Of a DNA stretch of 64,000 bases, positions 1 through 13,006 are shown in pieces (the stretch's first letter is position 1; each line of letters opens with the position of its first letter). Position numbers and translations under genes: made by a program. This stretch comes from Octopus bimaculoides (Eukaryota): positions 18,581,354-18,645,353 of the forward strand of contig NC_068997.1 of assembly GCF_001194135.2 (NCBI RefSeq), in the 5' to 3' direction. The notes beneath the pieces are model-generated. The model made no database searches. It was not told where the DNA came from and was given only the letters and a program-made list of their open reading frames with translations.

Positions 1-99
1 CATACACATCAGATGAAAGGCCTTCAAGCAATAAGGCTAAAGTTTCCATAAGCTATATTCTCATTAAACGTAAGCTGAGTGGTAACGTATATAACGAAA

Positions 100-795
100 G
101 TATGCTCTCTTCTACTGACAACCGTTATATAAGCTCTTACTTTGAAGAAAACAAACGTTATATTAAATTCCACTTTGAAAGAATATATTAGCTCTCACAA
201 ATACAATCTTGGAACAAGAGATAAAAAATACCTGATGCATACAGAAGATATGGCTGTCTGTGCAGAGTCCGTGGAATTAACGTTGAAAATGTGAGACACA
301 ACATAAGCACCGTTCCTAACTTGACATCTCGATTAGGTATGATGTAATAGTCAAAGAGTTTTGTAGAAAGATCAAAATATAAGAAGATGCAGTGATGTAG
401 AAGCATATAGCAGTAGAATGCTCTTGGCAAAACACCAAATTAAAATACTGGAGCCACACAACAGATAAAATATTTGGTGAAAGAAAAAGAAATTTTACAT
501 TGTAGAGATATGTTATCCATCAGACGGTAACATATATGTGCATGCAGATATATGAAAGATAAGAGAAATTTTTAATATCCATACAGGGTTAATGAGGGAC
601 CTATCTATGTGGCCAGTATTATAACTTAATATATTTATATTGTGTTTATTGAGGTTGTGCATTATGTGAGAGATTCAACAACAATCTTGAGATGCTTGGC
701 TTCTCAGCAATCGGTGAAAGACCCAAAAGGAAATTACTTTTACACTTCATTAATGGAACTGTGAAAAGATGCAAAACATTCAGGCAAGTTAGCAT
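100..795 (+). mobile_element. Degenerate Dong/R4-like non-LTR retrotransposon 3' region (CCHC knuckle + restriction-like endonuclease remnant)
   Basis: Manual translation across frameshifts gives EQEI..KYLMH, CRVRGINVENVRHNISTVPNLTSR (decayed C-x2-C-x8-H-x4-C), YIVEICYPSDGN and terminal GTVKRCKTF. Same subtype as the copy at 15380-16055. Confidence 0.7.
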
Positions 796-1136
796 GCAGT
801 ATGTCTATGGATGTATTTATAGCAGATAGAAAGAATTTACATAGTCACACGCAACAAATGTCCATAGACACACAAACACTTTCAAATGTGCACACACTAA
901 CTCACTCATCTATCTACAATTAAATGGACCTTCATACAAACCTATGTGTGCGAATCGAACGTTGGCTTTTCGAGTGAACATTTCCGATGTGCCAACTTTG
1001 AAAGGCAGACTACAAAAATATATATATATATGTGTGTGTGTGTATGTGCACGTATAATTACAAACGTATACAAATACACGTACACACACACACACACACA
1101 CACACATACATACATACTTATATGTATATATACATG

Positions 1137-1188
<52 letters not shown>

Positions 1189-1733
1189 TATGAAAGAAGG
1201 TTTGAAAATGCACTTATTTTTTAAAAATACTGATTATCACACATTCTCTGATATTAAAATGAAAATGTTAAAAACAGTGTATGAAAATACACATGGAAAA
1301 ATACATATACATATTCTTATACATATTCTTTGACAATCGAATAAAGTTGATTAGGAACTGACCTGGCTTTTTTCTCTTGTGTATATTGAGGGAATGTTTT
1401 ATGCATATATACTTATAGATATGAATATATGTATATGCATATATATATATGTGTCTTAGAAAGTAACTATGAATTAGGACTAATGCAAAACTTAGAAATA
1501 TGGAGTATTTATTGATCTTCGGAATTGGGAGAACGGAAAAGTTGGGTATGTGCATAAGTTTGTTAGGTTTGTATTTATGGGGGTACATTTCTGGATAAGC
1601 ATGTTATAAATCTAAACATGTTTCTTATTCAAATAGCCGATAGACTTAAAGCAGCATATGGTATATCTCTACATCTATGCTTACCTCATTCTTTCTCTCA
1701 CTCTCGATATGCAATGTATACACATATTACATG

Positions 1734-1772
<39 letters not shown>

Positions 1773-1782
1773 NNNNNNNNNN

Positions 1783-1830
<48 letters not shown>

Positions 1831-2423
1831 TTATATACTTATATATATATACATATATTTTATATATTGACACCTATATGTATACTGTTATTTGTGTATC
1901 TGTGTGTATACATGTCAATGCGTTTATGCTTATATATACATACATACCTATATATCTATATATATACGTGCGTGCGCGTGTGTGTGTACATATGGATAAA
2001 TGGATTGATGCATGGTTATTCGTATGCATGTTTGCATATGTGTCGCTACATATATATATATACACATTCATTTCATTTCTGCTTAGTTCCAGTCCTGTCC
2101 CCCGTAAAATGATTGATTAGAGGCGAAATAATATATTACCAATTCAAAATTTACCAATATTTTCCTTTCTTATACGTTTCTTATACTTAGCATTTTTTTG
2201 TTTCTCTAGTTTTCTATTGAGGGATTTCGCTCCCGCCCCAAACACATTTTTTTTCTTAATCTGTTCCTACAGACAGAATTTTACACATTTTTAGTGTCAG
2301 GGTGATACACATTGCAGAAAGCATAACAAACAAATGCAAATAGAATTACTTATATATATATATATATGTGTGTGTGTTATATACGTGTAGGCGCGCGCGT
2401 TGCTTGTTTACATATGTGTGCTG

Positions 2424-2455
<32 letters not shown>

Positions 2456-2485
2456 ACATATACATATGTATGTGTATATTTATGC

Positions 2486-2558
<73 letters not shown>

Positions 2559-4384
2559 CTTATGTTCTCGCATGCATACTTATATACATGCATAAATGTA
2601 TATATGTACCTATATGTGTGTGTATATAGTGCGAAACTGATTGGTATTACCATCCATAATGGATATATAATACTGTACACTTCGATTTATATATGTATGC
2701 ATATATATATATAAAGAAAGGGGGAGAAAGAGAGAAAGAGAGAAAGAGAATGGATAATATGAAATATATGTTGGGTGTTACTAATGTGGAATATGGTGAT
2801 ATGATGGTTATATGGGGATGAGCTCCGAAGGATATAACTTCTTTAAACATCAAGCTAAATTTTTAAATATCTAAGCTGATAAAAAATTTTTAAAAAACTA
2901 TGCTATTCGTAGCTTAAAAGCGAAGAGTGAAATAGTTCAGACTATACAATTATTCCTTTTAAATAAAGATTATCCGTATGGAGGCATTCAATAAATGTAT
3001 TTATTGTAAAATTTTGTTGACCTGTTATTTTATTAACGTATTCGATAACCAGGCGCTATGCACCTTTCCATAACTCAGCAAGTATTCATCCCTTGCTATA
3101 TGGTCGGAATTAATCGATGATCTTCGCGTTCAGTTTCACACCCATAGCATGCTTTTACAAAGAATACATTTGCTTGAACAGTATTGCTTTAAGCATTTAT
3201 TTTTTATTGACAATAGAAGAAAAGGTGGTTAATTAACGTTGCTTTAGTTTACCTTCCACTAATTACGGGGAACTTTTTACACTCTACATTTTGATATGCT
3301 CACTAAGAAATCAGCTACAATAAATATTGGCAAATACAGAGATGATAAGTAAGCTAGATCAGAATACTTCAACGACGTTATTATATCATACGTTTATGAC
3401 ATAGGTAAACACGTTCTAATATTTCAATCAAAATTAATTAACTTCTCCAAATCAAATAATATATTGAAACAATATTAAAAAGCTAACGTTTCTTCTCTAA
3501 CCATCCTCTTCCCTCTACTCACTACAAAAAGTAGCACAACGTAATATCATCTTCAAGTCAAATCTTACCTGGTTTCACAAAGATACATTTAATTTAAGAG
3601 AATTCCCTTACGGAGCGCTGTTACGAAAAGAATTCCACTTAAACAGCATTAAACTGCAGGTGCAAAGTACTAGTGTATGCCCGCTAGATATATTATTATA
3701 TATTAAGAGAAATAAGTATATGCAAAATTCCCCTACAGCAAGCATCACGTTGGCATGATGGATGTAAATGTAAACAACGATAATATAACGATATATTTTC
3801 TTCAGAAATAATACACACGAAGAGCAAAAAAAAAACTGCCCAATAATATGTGACGATTGAAAGACCATGCTCCGCATTTCCTTATCAAGAGAAAGACACA
3901 AGAGAGGCGGATTGTCTTTAACTGAGAAGTGCCTAATACTCAAACCCAAATATAAATCAATCTGTAAAGTATCGGAATATTTTATCAGAGATACTCATAA
4001 AATATCGACATTTCGTGAATAACTAATGAAAAGCAGAAGACTGAAAAACTGATTAGTTAAACCAATACTTAACTAGATAATTTTATACAGAGCTATCCAA
4101 TAAATAGAGTTGCATTCTATTCTCATTTCAGACTTAAAACTTCCACTTCCCATAATAAACATGCAATTTGAATTAAATATTTATAATGAACCAGTAAACT
4201 GAACCTAACAGTAATAATATATAATAAATTATTGCACTAGCGTCATGTGTGGACCAGAATTCAATGCAAAAAGATACTCCACATCTATGTTTCCATTGAG
4301 ATTGTTTATGTGTCCACTGAGATTGTTTAGCATTAGCTAGTTATGAATCTTGAAGCCGCCCCAAACATACTATGATTTACGTAT

Positions 4385-5235
4385 AGATAACTTTCTCTAT
4401 TAGCCACACAAGGATCGACACAGAGGGGATTATACAATTGTAGAGTTTTTTTCGAAGGGGGGAAAAAAGGCAACGATCAAAAGGGATCGAAAAGTCGAAA
4501 TAGTGCAAAAAACTGAGGTTTATCCTTGGAAAGAAAATCCTACGAAATGACTTGGTAACCTTGGACAATGTAATACAAGAATACATTAGAGTAAAGTACT
4601 CTCATTTCTTTCTCTTTTATTCATAGGATTATGCTCAAGCTGGCTCCGTCATTCACACGTGCCATCTTTGCTACATTCACCCATCTTTTCGTGAAACATT
4701 CATTAGACAAAACTTCCCTCTGTACTCTCACCTTCCTTTTCAAGTGATATTTGAAAAAGTTGAGTGATTGACCAGAGAGGAAAGTATTTGTTTCTGGGCC
4801 TTTCAAACGCGTCCACCATAGACATTGTTTCTCTATAGCCACTAGCACAATGAAAATAGCTCTTTCTTCCCGTTTGAAGGAAGGAGGTGGGGCAATATTA
4901 ACGATAGACTCGGCCGATAAACCAACTCGTCGCACACGTGACAACAGTTCGACGTAAGCCCAGAAGTCAGAAATGGTTTGACACTGCACAAGTGCGTGCA
5001 GAACGGTTTCGTCGCTCTGACCGCATCTCGGGCTGGTCGGCCTGGTGTTTCTAGAGCCATGCATGTAGAGATTATTTCGAATGGGTAGAGCTTTTCGATA
5101 GCACTGCCAGGCCAGGGATCTCTGGAAGATATCCATAGGTCCCGGCCCAAAGGTTGTCCTGAACAGGTGGATCAGGTATTCCTCGTCAATGCCTAGGTCT
5201 TCCCCAAGATCATCGTCATACCACCCCTCCATTAA
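4385..5235 (-). mobile_element. 5'-truncated Tx1/L1-type LINE 3' end (ORF2 zf-RVT-like C-terminus, 4621-5232, plus 3' UTR)
   Basis: ORF contains LAWQCYRKALPIRNNLYMHG...PTSPRCGQSDETVLHALVQC, a zf-RVT/CCHC signature with the first C changed to S, followed by a W-rich C-terminus typical of L1/Tx1 ORF2. Confidence 0.8.
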
Positions 5236-5293
5236 TCATCTATAGAATGCTTTTGTGGTATTGCAGTTGTGCAAGTTCGATCCGGTTTACGTG

Positions 5294-5325
<32 letters not shown>

Positions 5326-5329
5326 TAGA

Positions 5330-5610
5330 GAGAGCAAGTGAAAAAAATACAGAGCAAGTGATAAAGATACAGAGCAAGTGAGAGAAAAAGAAACAGAGCA
5401 AGTGAGAGAGAGAGACCAAATGAGAGAGAGACCAAGTGAAAGAGAGAGCAAATAAGAGAGAAAGAGCAAGTGAGTGAGAGAGAGAGAGCAAGTGAGTGAG
5501 AGAGAGAGAGCAAGTGAGTAAGAGAGAGAGAGCATGTGAGTGAGATAGAGAGTGCAAGTGAATGAGAGAGAGAGCAAGTGAATGAGAGAGAGAGAGAGAG
5601 AGAGAGATGT
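5330..5610. repeat. Minisatellite of AGAGCAAGTG cores separated by GA runs
   Basis: About a dozen AGAGCAAGTG(A)-like units at roughly 16-24 bp spacing, visible directly. Confidence 0.9.
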
Positions 5611-6112
5611 AAATATAAGTATTGATTTAGAGACATATAGATAGTGAGATATGGATTGTGTTTATATAATCACACACTTTTATATATGTGTGTGTCTGTA
5701 TGTGTGTATGTGTGTGTATGTGTGCGGATATATATACATAGATATATAAACATATATGTATAGAAAACACATTTATATCTATATTTATGTATAATTGTAT
5801 ATATGTATATATATTAATAAGTACGTGTATGTGTGTGTGCCAGTTAGTATATAATCTTGTGTATATATCTACAGATATCCACATATATGTATGCATACAG
5901 TGAGATTAATAGAAAGCCAGAAATATAATGTGTTGGGCATATTGAAAAAAAAAGCAATTAATGCCCCCTCTGTGTATAACTATGTCATAAATCTAAACAT
6001 GTTTCATCCAAATATTCCGTAGATTTAGTGGGGCACATGTGTTATATATCTCTACTTCACTCTTTTGTCTATTCCACTTTATCTGTCCCTCTCTCTGTCT
6101 CTCACTCTCTCC

Positions 6113-6180
<68 letters not shown>

Positions 6181-6550
6181 NNNNNNNNNNNNNNNNNNNN
6201 NNNNNNNNNNNNNNNNNNNNNNNNNNNNNNNNNNNNNNNNNNNNNNNNNNNNNNNNNNNNNNNNNNNNNNNNNNNNNNNNNNNNNNNNNNNNNNNNNNNN
6301 NNNNNNNNNNNNNNNNNNNNNNNNNNNNNNNNNNNNNNNNNNNNNNNNNNNNNNNNNNNNNNNNNNNNNNNNNNNNNNNNNNNNNNNNNNNNNNNNNNNN
6401 NNNNNNNNNNNNNNNNNNNNNNNNNNNNNNNNNNNNNNNNNNNNNNNNNNNNNNNNNNNNNNNNNNNNNNNNNNNNNNNNNNNNNNNNNNNNNNNNNNNN
6501 NNNNNNNNNNNNNNNNNNNNNNNNNNNNNNNNNNNNNNNNNNNNNNNNAT

Positions 6551-6582
<32 letters not shown>

Positions 6583-7432
6583 ATATAAATATATATATGT
6601 ATATATATATATATATATATAGTAATATATATATACACGCACATACACACTTACATACACGTACATGCTTATACATACATGTCATTTCTGTTTATTTCTA
6701 GTCCCGTCCCCCCGTCAAATGATTGATTACAGGAGAAATAATATATTAACAATTCAAAATGTACCAATATTTCACTTTCTTATACGTTTATGCCATTGTT
6801 TTTCTACATCTACTTCAGCAATTTTGTGCTCACGCCGCCTTCTGGTTTTTCTTTAATCTGTGTGTGTGTGGACAAAACATTCATCCCAAAATACTGAATC
6901 ATACAGAACATGGAGACACACATGCGCGGAGAACTTCCTTCTTAAATTTATGTCAGTCTAAATATGTATATAGCTGTCTGTGCATATATATATATATATA
7001 TAAACACACACGCACACACACACGTCCTTTTAAGAACGTATAAAAAGACGTTAAAAAAGCAGCGAGAAGCAGTATGATTCAAAGCTGGGAGAAGCGAAAC
7101 GACCCCAAATGTGAATGAGAATGTCAGATACTTGTATTTCTCAGCATTTTGCTGTGTATAAAGACTGCGCTCTGGCCTTCTTTCAAAATGAAGTAGAAAC
7201 CGCCAGCTTGAAGTATATAATGGATTGGATTAAATTGCCCGTGGTCAGTCCACTACAAGACGTAAGACTCAGCATTTTTTTCCCACCAGAGAATGGCTTG
7301 ATGTCATACTAGTTCATTTATTCCTGAACGTCAAACAAATACACCTTGTTCGTTGTTCCCTCATCTGTCACCGTCTTCTTTTTCTTGTTTTCTATATAAC
7401 TTTAAACCATGTATATATATATATATATATAT

Positions 7433-7719
7433 ATGGGTACAGAACGTCACCATCAGTAAACAACATGAAATATGAAAACAAATGAGTTCAATACGCAAAC
7501 AACGAGAGAAACAAATGGAAAATAGAACAAGTAACATAAAGAACAACCTTTCATCAGTTGTCAGCTGTCTATCTACTCCTCAGACGGACCACAACTGATG
7601 AAGTGTCGTTCTTTATGTTACTTGTCCTGTTTTCCATTTGTTTCTCTCGTTGTTTCCGTATTGAACGTATTTGTTTTCGTATTTCATGTTGTTTGCTGTT
7701 GGTGACGTCCTATACCCAT
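7433..7719. mobile_element. Fold-back / MITE-like inverted repeat (129-bp arms, 29-bp spacer)
   Basis: 7433-7561 is the reverse complement of 7591-7719 with about 13 mismatches by manual count. AT dinucleotides flank both ends. A related single arm lies at about 50125-50283. Confidence 0.85.
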
Positions 7720-7740
7720 ATATGCATATGTGTGCGTATA

Positions 7741-7783
<43 letters not shown>

Positions 7784-7832
7784 TGATTGAACGCCATACA
7801 TCCATTTCCAAGTGAGTATAAATATATGTATG

Positions 7833-7925
<93 letters not shown>

Positions 7926-8024
7926 CATATGTATATATATATATGTGTATGCGTGTGTGTGTGTGTGTGTATACATATCTGTATGCATATGTGCGTATTT
8001 GTGTGTGTCTGCTTGTGTGCATGC

Positions 8025-8062
<38 letters not shown>

Positions 8063-8465
8063 GTGATTATCGGTGGGATTATGTATGTGTGTTTGTGCGT
8101 ATGTTTATTACACTAAAATTGATAGACATCTTTAATTTCACGCTATTTATGACTCGTGTAGAATAAATTGTTAGAAGTTAAAATTTTAGCAATTTGTGTG
8201 TTGTGCAAGCATGGATCATTTTCAGATGGATGGCAGTAACTACCTTTGAAAATAAATTTAAAGATATTAGAATTGTAATAGAGACTTATCGTTAAGTTCT
8301 GTGTTATAATGTCTCCTGACAAGCTACTCATCTTCTCATTATCAATGGATTAATTTCATTTATAGAGGAAGGATAAATGTATCCATGTGCTATATCGTAT
8401 CTTTGCACTTTTCATAACTCTTACACTACGACTTACATATATACAGGTAGATAGGTCGATCTATC

Positions 8466-8549
<84 letters not shown>

Positions 8550-8553
8550 AGGA

Positions 8554-8605
<52 letters not shown>

Positions 8606-8800
8606 GATTATTTGATAATAAAAGTTTAACTCAGCTTGTGAAACCTGGCTCAATGCGAACTCGGTTCTATGCATCTTAACATTTCGAAGGCTTTCCTCAG
8701 GTCTATAGAGACCGAATTAGAAAGATGCAAGATGGCGTCTGCTAATTGATATGCATTCATAGATAGATAATTTGATAGGCCAATATTCAGGCAGACAGAC

Positions 8801-8870
<70 letters not shown>

Positions 8871-9001
8871 GCAAGTAGATGTCATGGATTGTAGATATAT
8901 AGTGGGAGAAATATAACTAGAATTGAGTGGAAGTACGTTTAATTATTTGTGGGAGTTACATTTTGATTCAGATAGAGTAAGCAGTTATAAACATAACTTT
9001 G

Positions 9002-9051
<50 letters not shown>

Positions 9052-9194
9052 GCATTTCACGCGATGACACAAATATAGTAATATTTTTAACAGGCATAAT
9101 TTAAGAACCTCTTTCAGTTGTGCGCCTAATATTAAGAATAAATTACTTAGCACTCCTAAGCCACGGAGAGAGGCAGGTTGTTCATGCAGGACTA

Positions 9195-9800
9195 GGAATG
9201 AATGCCCAGTGGACGGCCGATATAACACCGAGGCTACAGTGTACCAAGCAAAGGTAGCCTCCACCTTTGGAAGCAGCACAAATATCAATAACATCAATGA
9301 AAACACAAGGACGCAAACTAAAATTTATGCCGGATCTTGTGATGCCAGATCTAAAATTCGCCTGAACAACCACAGATCTTCTTTCAGGGTCCCGGAAAGA
9401 CGCAACACAACAACCCTTGGCACCTAAAGGACGATCATACGCCCTTTAACATCAGATGGCAATTATTGGAAACTTGTGGACCCCTATCGTAATGGAGCAA
9501 GACTGTGTAATTTGTGTTTGTCAGAAAGATTTATAATCCTCATAAACTCACATGAGCCAGAAGGCTACCTTAACTCCAGGATGGAAACCGTGGGGAGTTG
9601 TCCACATTTTCGGAAATTTTCAAACTTGGAAAACCTAGCTATCAAGCGAAGGAAGACAACTCGCCCCGCCATATTTTTAAAGAGGATTATTTCTTGAACT
9701 ACCACCGGCGTGTTTTAAAACAAACATTTTTTGGTTACTATTCAGAGAAACTGAAGAGATGTCTAGTTCACGCTAGATTTGAAGCTAATGTTTTTTTTCT
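9195..9800 (+). mobile_element. Penelope-like element 3' end: GIY-YIG endonuclease remnant plus 3' pseudo-LTR region
   Basis: EATVYQAKV...KIYAGSCDARSKIRLNNHRSSF, then after a frameshift DPYRNGARLCNLCLSERFII...[14 protein letters not shown]. This matches the PLE GIY-YIG motif pattern with its C-terminal CxLC...LN.R.E...C.H. Confidence 0.8.
9744..9800 (+). ncRNA. Degenerate type I hammerhead ribozyme motif in the Penelope 3' region
   Basis: AGAGAAA-CTGAAGA-G(ATG TCTAG ttcacg CTAGA TTT)-GAAG-C taat G-T-T-TTTTTTCT: CUGANGA box, stem II, GAA(A>G), minimal stem III, GUU triplet and a stem I with G-U wobbles. Confidence 0.6.
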
Positions 9801-10179
9801 AAATTTACGTTATATATATATATATATATATATATGCATGTATGTATACACACACACAAACATATATGTGCATACTCATATATATACATATATTTATATA
9901 TATATATATATATACATTAACATAACTATAGATATGTGCATATATAGTTACATACACATATACGATAATTATGCATGTATATGTACTTAGAGTGTATATG
10001 TATGTGTATATGTATATCCTTTTATGTATATATACACACACTGATGGCATATAAACTCATGTATTCATATTCTAATATTTCAGTATAAACTTATAACTTC
10101 TTTTTTTTTTTTTGCAATACGAAAGAAAAAAATAATATAAAAATCGATTTACAATTATTTTTATCACATGTTCTACATA

Positions 10180-10383
10180 TGCAAGAGAGGAAATGTCGAG
10201 ATGATTTTGTTGTCGTTGTTGTTGCTGTTAATGATTTTGTTGTTGTTGTTGTTGACATTCTTTTCCTTTCTTTGTCGTTTTTTTTCTTTTCAACTTTTTC
10301 CTTCTCTTGGCGTCATCATGTTAGCTTCTGCTTTTCTTCTTCTTCTTCTTCTTCTTCTTCTTCTTCTTCTTCTTCTTCTTCTG

Positions 10384-10447
<64 letters not shown>

Positions 10448-10485
10448 TCCTTCTTCTTATTGTCCTTCTTCTTCTTATTCTTCTT

Positions 10486-10522
<37 letters not shown>

Positions 10523-10993
10523 AACTTCTTTTTCTATTTCTTCTTCCTCTATTTCATCTTCTACTACTTTTTCTTTTCTTCTACCTCTATTTCTTCTTTT
10601 TCTCCTTCTCCTTCTTCTTTTTCTTCTTCTTCTTCTTCTTCTTCTTCTTCTTCTTCTTCTTCTTCTTCTGCTTCCTGTTATTATTATTATTCTCCTCCTC
10701 CTCCTCCTCCTCGTCCTCCTTCCTACTTCTCCTCATTATATTGCTCCTTATTCTCATTCTTTTCTCTTCCTTTTCCTTTCCCATTAGTTTCTCTCTCGGT
10801 CCCTTCATCCATCCACATCTCAAGGTTTTCTGCTTTGCTCTTTCTAGTCTTCTTCTTTTTCGTCATCGTCATCCTCTTCATCATCAACATCATCGGGGCA
10901 GCGTCGTCATCGTCGTCGTCGCCATCATCATCATCATCACCATCAGCAGCAGTTACTGCAGCATTATCATCGTCATCTGCTATTCATCACGAC

Positions 10994-11025
<32 letters not shown>

Positions 11026-11101
11026 ACAACAACATCATCATCTCCATCATCATCATCATCATCATCATCCTCTCCATCATCATCATCATCATCATCATCA
11101 T

Positions 11102-11146
<45 letters not shown>

Positions 11147-11179
11147 TCCATCATCATCATCATCATAATCATCATCATT

Positions 11180-11211
<32 letters not shown>

Positions 11212-11390
11212 TATCGTCATTATCCTCTTCAACTTCTCGCACCCCTTCGCCATTTTCCTCCTTTTTCATCTTAATCTTCATATTCCAATATCGACCCTTT
11301 CTACATCCCATTCCTTGCTAATTTTAAACTTTTCACTACTACTACTACTACTACTACTACTATTACTACTACTACTATCTCATTTTCTTA
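10180..11390. repeat. Compound trinucleotide microsatellite tract (TTG/TTC/ATT/CTA/CCT/CAT)
   Basis: Directly visible consecutive trinucleotide runs; source of the spurious poly-S/H/I/L ORFs. Confidence 0.95.
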
Positions 11391-11761
11391 TTGCTTGCTA
11401 CCTTTCTATTTTTGTTTTATTCGTTAGAATTTTTACGGAATATATTGTCATCCATGATGTTGTTATTATTCACAAGTTCATCTTTTTTCAGAAGTCAGCG
11501 ACAAATTTACTATAGAATGCGCAGAAATTAATATACATCAATGCATATATACATATGCGTATACATAAATGCACACATACATATTCGTGCGCGCGCACGC
11601 ATACACATACGCAAACACACACACATTCACACACACACACACACAAAAATATAACTTTTCGGCTTCTATATAAATGCGTTTGTACTTAAATGTTTATATG
11701 TACGTATATATATATATATACATATATACGTATATATATATATATGTATGTATATATGTAA

Positions 11762-11831
<70 letters not shown>

Positions 11832-11897
11832 ACATACAAGTATACAGGGTATATGTCAGCTCATATGTACACAAGTGTGTATATGTGGATATATGTG

Positions 11898-11929
<32 letters not shown>

Positions 11930-12711
11930 CGTCTACACTATAAAGGTTTGGGTGAGTGCATACAAATGAGTTTTTCTCTAAGCGGAGACATTGATGCAAA
12001 GACCGTATACTACAATGCCTTCCTGCGATTTGTACGAAAACAACAAAATACGCTTTTATGTCATTTTACCGAAGTAAATTGAAATATTTCAGCTTGTAGT
12101 AAACACTTCAATATAGTCTCTCTATATACATACATGCGTATGTGGGCGCATTATATATATATATATATATATATATNNNNNNNNNNNNNNNNNNNNNNNN
12201 NNNNNNNNNNNNNNNNNNNNNNNNNNNNNNNNNNNNNNNNNNNNNNNNNNNNNNNNNNNNNNNNNNNNNNNNNNNNNNNNNNNNNNNNNNNNNNNNNNNN
12301 NNNNNNNNNNNNNNNNNNNNNNNNNNNNNNNNNNNNNNNNNNNNNNNNNNNNNNNNNNNNNNNNNNNNNNNNNNNNNNNNNNNNNNNNNNNNNNNNNNNN
12401 NNNNNNNNNNNNNNNNNNNNNNNNNNNNNNNNNNNNNNNNNNNNNNNNNNNNNNNNNNNNNNNNNNNNNNNNNNNNNNNNNNNNNNNNNNNNNNNNNNNN
12501 NNNNNNNNNNNNNNNNNNNNNNNNNNNNNNNNNNNNNNNNNNNNNNNNNNNNNNNNNNNNNNNNNNNNNNNNNNNNNNNNNNNNNNNNNNNNAGCGGTTC
12601 AATCCTAGATTAAAGCTGAATTATTTTCTTGTCCTGATTTATTGCCGTTTCACTCATTAAACCTGCATTTCACTTATTACTTTGTTGTTTTACATACTTG
12701 TATATTCTTTT

Positions 12712-12886
12712 CTTTTCTACTCTCAGCACAAGGCCCGAAATTTTGGGGGAGAGGGGCAGTCGATTAGATCGACTCCAGTACGTAACTGGTACTTCATTTA
12801 TCGGCCCCGAATGGATGAAAGGCAAAGCCGACCTCAGTGGACAGATGAAATGCCGTAAAACATTTCGTCCGACGTGCTAACGTTTC
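12712..12886 (-). mobile_element. tRNA-derived SINE family 1, internally deleted copy
   Basis: Reverse complement matches the head (GTTAGCAC..GAAATG) and body (GTCGGCTTTGCCTTTCATCC..GATAAA..GTACCAGTTACG) of the 55619 copy. Confidence 0.8.
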
Positions 12887-12968
12887 TTATTTCTTTATTG
12901 GCCTCAAGGGGCTAAACATAGAGGGGGTAAATAAGGACAGACAAAGGAATTAAGTCGATTACATTGAC
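12887..12968 (-). mobile_element. SINE family 1, 3' tail fragment (GTCTGTCC...AATAAAGAAA tail type)
   Basis: Reverse complement resembles 55770-55844. Confidence 0.75.
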
Positions 12969-13006
12969 ACAATCGGCTTAATCTCATGTCATTATTATAA
13001 CATATC

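Noticed and set aside
3562-3575. ATCTTACCTGG resembling the U1 snRNA 5' end
   Set aside because: The rest of U1 is absent; better read as a minus-strand splice donor.
10168-11515. 350-370 aa poly-His/Ser/Leu ORFs
   Set aside because: Made entirely of trinucleotide microsatellites that lack stops in several frames.
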